Positions 62,401 to 64,000 of a stretch of DNA of 64,000 nucleotides are shown in pieces. Below the pieces are notes generated by a model. That model was given only the letters and a program-made list of their open reading frames with translations. It did no database searches and had not been told where the DNA came from. Positions within the stretch are counted from its first letter, which is position 1; each line of letters begins with the position of its first letter. Origin of the DNA: Owenia fusiformis (Eukaryota); NCBI GenBank assembly GCA_903813345.2, contig CAIIXF020000001.1, positions 19,282,001 to 19,346,000 of the forward strand. Reading direction: 5' to 3'. Both the position numbers and the translations under genes were made by a program.

Positions 62401-64000
62401 TCTTAGTCCAAGCCATATATTAACAGCAGCACATTGTTTCACTGATTTGCAAATGCCACTATCTTCCTTTAAAAGGTTAATCACAGTCAAAACTGGCAAA
62501 CATGATATACCAAAAGAGGAACCTTATGAACAAATAAGAAAAATTAAAAATGTGTCTGTTAATAAGGATTTTGACTCATTGAATAATGATATTGCTATAG
62601 TTACCCTTGATTCACCACTTCAGTTTAATGAATACACGCAACCAATTAATCTTCCTCAAACTGCTAGCTTTGATGCACAAACCGTGAAGAAATTACGGAA
62701 AGGTCTGTGTAAAGTTGTTGGATGGGGCGTTCACGATGCATCAAATCTTTTTCAGTACTCAGATATTTTAAGGAATGTAGAAATCAATCTTCAAAGAAAT
62801 TGTACTCTAAACTCAGTATCTGATAGAGAAAAAGTGACAGACAATATGTTCTGTGCTTCTGCTAAAAACCCAAATAAGACCCATGGGCCCATAAGATTTG
62901 ATTCATGTTTTGGTGATTCTGGGGGACCCTTAATGTGTCGTGTAACAGACAAATGGTATCAGCATGGTATAGTAAGCTGGGGACCTTCCTTTTCATGTGG
63001 GGAACAATCTGGGGTATATACCAAGGTAGCTAACTATATAGATTGGATCAACAATGAAATTTCCACTCCTGGGGGCTGGGGAGAATTCAGTGGGTATTCC
63101 CCATGTTCAGCAACTTGCGGAAAGGGGATCAAGTCTCGGGTAAAAGTGTGTACAAACCCAGAACCCATTGGCAATGGAGTATGTTCTGACTATAACTTTG
63201 TGACAGCTGATGGTAAAATGGTGTACATAGAAGATGAGGAATGCATCTCTTCAGCTGCATGTGTTTGATCTCCAGAGACTCAGAGCACAGAATGGCAACA
63301 GAAACTGAATCTATCATGTACATGAATCTACAGTTGAAATAAAATACATTCTGTACTAATTACATGTATAAGCAATATTTTCTCATGTTGGTTGCCGGTG
63401 TGTATAATATTATCTTCCTGTGAGTCAGCATCAAACCTTACCCTTTCAATTTTTTTAGGTCCTTAGTAATACATTGGACCTGTACATTTCTGACATTTTT
63501 GGAAAGGTTTGGTAATTTCAAATCCCAAATTAGGTTGCAAATATGGATAAAATTTTGAAAAAAAATTCATGAATTCTTGAAACAATTTGATTTCCTCTTT
63601 GAAACCAATCTCATTAACTCAAAATTGGGACAAAAATTCATCTGAAAACAAGTTGCAGCAAAAACAGAAATAACTCCTACTTTTGTCCCTCCTTCCTAGT
63701 TGAGAAAACCCATTTTAAAACTTAATGTCTCGGTGACCTACATTTTTGGCCCACTTGGTTTCTCCCGACAATTCTTGAAACCAAATATGAGGGCATGGCC
63801 AGAGTTGAATCAATGGGGCAAAATTGAGTTCAAGGGAAACATATTATTGTAAGGCTTCATTTTCATAGTTTTCATAAGAAAAACATACAAATTCACATTT
63901 TTGAGAAATTTGATGGCTATAAGCCTAAGAAGGAATAATATATTTGTATAACATACCTTTGGTTTGTCGTCCTCTGGTTCATACTTAGGAAGGTGATCAT
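25467..64000 (-). CDS. Large uncharacterised protein (5'-partial, about 1,300 aa in window): acidic stem, two tandem methyltransferase-like/kinase-like modules, Cys-rich tail
   Basis: 29 GT-AG exons in one continuous frame: >64000-63957, 59702-59600, 59256-59072, 58694-58131, 57654-57558, 57255-57139, 56707-56498, 55056-54854, 52180-52039, 51671-51563, 51255-51147, 50943-50752, 50482-50357, 43601-43438, 43180-43021, 42426-42357, 41849-41646, 41386-41271, 40419-40339, 40112-40044, 39661-39539, 38068-37930, 37662-37549, 37241-37159, 36935-36868, 36383-36320, 35594-35483, 26015-25939, 25520-25467 (TGA). The gene structure is well supported; the product assignment is an inference. Confidence 0.85.
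26942..30649 (-). pseudogene. Tx1/L1 ORF2 (APE endonuclease, reverse transcriptase, C-terminal Cys/His motif) with one in-frame TAG
   Basis: SLNARGL, FLQET, NLYAPN, GGDFN, RLDYF, PDH (APE); KSPGSDGL, WRPITLLN, DFHKAFD, GVRQGDPLS, QYADD (RT); CLYC...H...C. ORFs 30649-30242 and 30235-26942 are in the same frame, separated only by TAG GAT CAT. Confidence 0.9.
32129..33085 (-). CDS. Tx1/L1 ORF1 RNA-binding protein (coiled coil, RRM-like, CTD)
   Basis: 318 aa; heptad-rich central region followed by NLVFFNIPE, HRLG, RPIII, EQYP.EV..RRK.L and KLFVNG motifs. Confidence 0.88.
   Translation of the reverse strand: MAMNTYINYITAKPSTRISPPKSYTLNLSDRKRNLSSPCDRSPEIFHDDKRLKFEECLEILNESTESNYTDTNDSINIAHTMATDNTSDPEWIKVIYDLKKMMVTREDIQTLATKDDIDSLKTEIKDITKALTDAQDEIGDLKTSHKNMEQTLKQQKDEIDSLKTQLSKQNDGITHVQSMQMRENLVFFNIPEEDGETPESTKEKLYTFLEKTMKIQKPRQHVKTDRLHRLGNKKPNAKYPRPIIIHVNPYGGKNVVFQHVKNLSGTRFRVDEQYPTEVLARRKALLPKLMEFKRQGCNVKLRGDKLFVNGQLHIPAT
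33736..34393 (+). CDS. Secreted defensin-like (CS-alpha-beta) cysteine-rich peptide precursor, 83 aa, nested antisense in an intron
   Basis: TATA (TATATAAATA) near 33629; exons 33736-33835 and 34242-34393 (phase 1) give MKVQCVLVLCLLLLAVCLMEVDACGRRRRGGSSGCSSCSSSSCSNYCENLPNAATGNYYGSCGNDKLCRCYNTLGQLVGQKCV*. Signal peptide plus CxxxC...GxC...CxC spacing. Probable 3'UTR intron from 34408 to about 34667. Confidence 0.8.
35817..36145. repeat. 29-bp intronic minisatellite, about 11 copies
   Basis: Unit AATAGGCCTGTCAAATGAGGTATTTAAAC, decaying at the right end. Confidence 0.9.
36425..36600. repeat. Small GGTACC/GTAC-palindrome-rich repeat
   Basis: Repeated ACGGTACCAT / ATGGTAC motifs in both orientations. 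Confidence 0.5.
38339..39622 (-). repeat. 100-bp tandem array (13 splice donors) derived from an exon 3' end plus donor
   Basis: Each unit is 84 nt coding VLDPQSHIPHAQYPWSLLRIDVRNLTAQ plus GT(G/T)AGTTTCATAATAT; donors occur every 100 bp from 39538 to 38338. Confidence 0.95.
40621..41330 (-). repeat. 57-bp in-frame tandem array (12 splice donors) derived from an exon 3' end plus donor
   Basis: Each unit encodes VGNIISTGLTTFIQVPSSK and contains AAG|GTAGGT; donors occur every 57 bp from 41270 to 40643. Confidence 0.95.
43646..43800 (+). mobile_element. Short dispersed repeat ending in a TGTCAC(C/T)AC...GTGGTGACA hairpin
   Basis: Related copies at about 5900-6140 (reverse), 13197-13290, 53655-53800 and 59730-59805. 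Confidence 0.7.
43910..44748 (+). mobile_element. Helentron-associated/pearl-like non-autonomous element with internal tandem repeats
   Basis: About 5 units of roughly 150 bp (caagatttatctaaaaacttccaagatggcc...), then a CCCG microsatellite and a terminal hairpin GTACCT-TTTC-AGGTAC followed by A-rich sequence. Confidence 0.7.
45791..46815 (-). CDS. Secreted precursor (160 aa): cationic 6-Cys peptide, furin site, acidic EF-hand pair; nested in an intron
   Basis: TATAAATA at 47204-47197; non-coding exon about 47170-47092; coding exons 46815-46455 and 45912-45791 (phase 1). Signal MKATIAFLLLAVVASIHTSDA, mature WRIRLPRLGLRRIIAPVCSMYCNTKCTLPGICAPVCHKVCNI, then GRKRR, with EF loops DSDNDDKVTLSE and DENGDGVLDMGE. 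Confidence 0.88.
48550..49030 (+). mobile_element. Helentron-associated/pearl-like non-autonomous element
   Basis: 5' GCTCACACAGTG is the reverse complement of part of the 3' hairpin GGCTCAC-TGT-GTGAGCC; a GACG microsatellite precedes the hairpin; A-rich end. Confidence 0.75.
49265..49844. mobile_element. Tc1/mariner-type MITE
   Basis: TA-CAGGGTG start; about 200-bp imperfect TIRs (e.g. CAGAATCCATTGGTGTCCCTGAAAAA and its reverse complement); TA at the right end. Confidence 0.8.
49851..50344. mobile_element. MITE (CAGT...ACTG ends, TA-flanked) with a nested hairpin-ended insertion at about 49896-50197
   Basis: The AGTAGAACA/GTGGAAC motif series is interrupted by an insert ending in a roughly 50-bp stem GTTATGTCACTATGAC...GTCATAGTGACATAAC. 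Confidence 0.65.
52843..53060. repeat. Degenerate CAGTGTCACACCAAG minisatellite
   Basis: About 9 recognisable copies. Confidence 0.75.
54096..54363. mobile_element. Tc1/mariner-type MITE, internally deleted fold-back copy
   Basis: About 120-bp TIRs GGTGTCCCGAAAGTA...CAAGTATCATG nearly abutting; ends GGGACACCCTG-TA. Confidence 0.85.
55154..55755. mobile_element. Longer copy of the same MITE family, right TIR truncated
   Basis: TA-CAGGGTGTCCCGAAAGTATG start; long inverted arms matching 54096-54363. Confidence 0.85.
61412..63268 (+). CDS. Secreted multidomain trypsin-like serine protease (about 543 aa), nested antisense in an intron
   Basis: Exons 61412-61877 and 62103-63268 (phase 1). Signal peptide, two small Cys-rich modules, VWC-like W.KPDGCTTCTC, TSP1-like segment, IILGG, TAAHC, NDIAI, DSCFGDSGGP, C-terminal TSP1 (WGEFSGYSPCSATCGKG). 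AATAAA near 63338. The true start may be the ATG at 61427. Confidence 0.93.

Overview
AT-rich, intron-rich animal genomic DNA. The repeat families and peptide genes look like those of a marine invertebrate (probably a lophotrochozoan), but the species cannot be determined from the sequence. Left part: the last 8 coding exons of PI4KB (+) face a complete 5-exon UQCRB gene (-) tail to tail. Next is a 4.4-kb GGTGCAA-rich higher-order satellite that appears to lie inside one intron of a small TATA-driven minus-strand transcript. The right 38 kb is a single minus-strand gene (29 phase-consistent exons, about 1,300 codons, 5' end beyond the window) that the ORF track shows only as fragments. It encodes an acidic low-complexity stem followed by two tandem copies of a module resembling a degenerate SAM-methyltransferase fold plus a kinase-like catalytic segment (YEDMAPWNI...YIDYD). 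This recalls the bacterial glycan chain-terminator WbdD, which is an inference not yet tested by search. Two exons of this gene have their 3' ends and splice donors amplified 12-13 times in tandem. Its introns hold three secreted defence-type genes (a defensin-like peptide, a cationic Cys-hairpin peptide fused to EF-hands, and a multidomain trypsin-like protease), a full-length Tx1/L1 retrotransposon with TSDs, and many MITE- and Helentron-like elements. All exon coordinates were read by eye.
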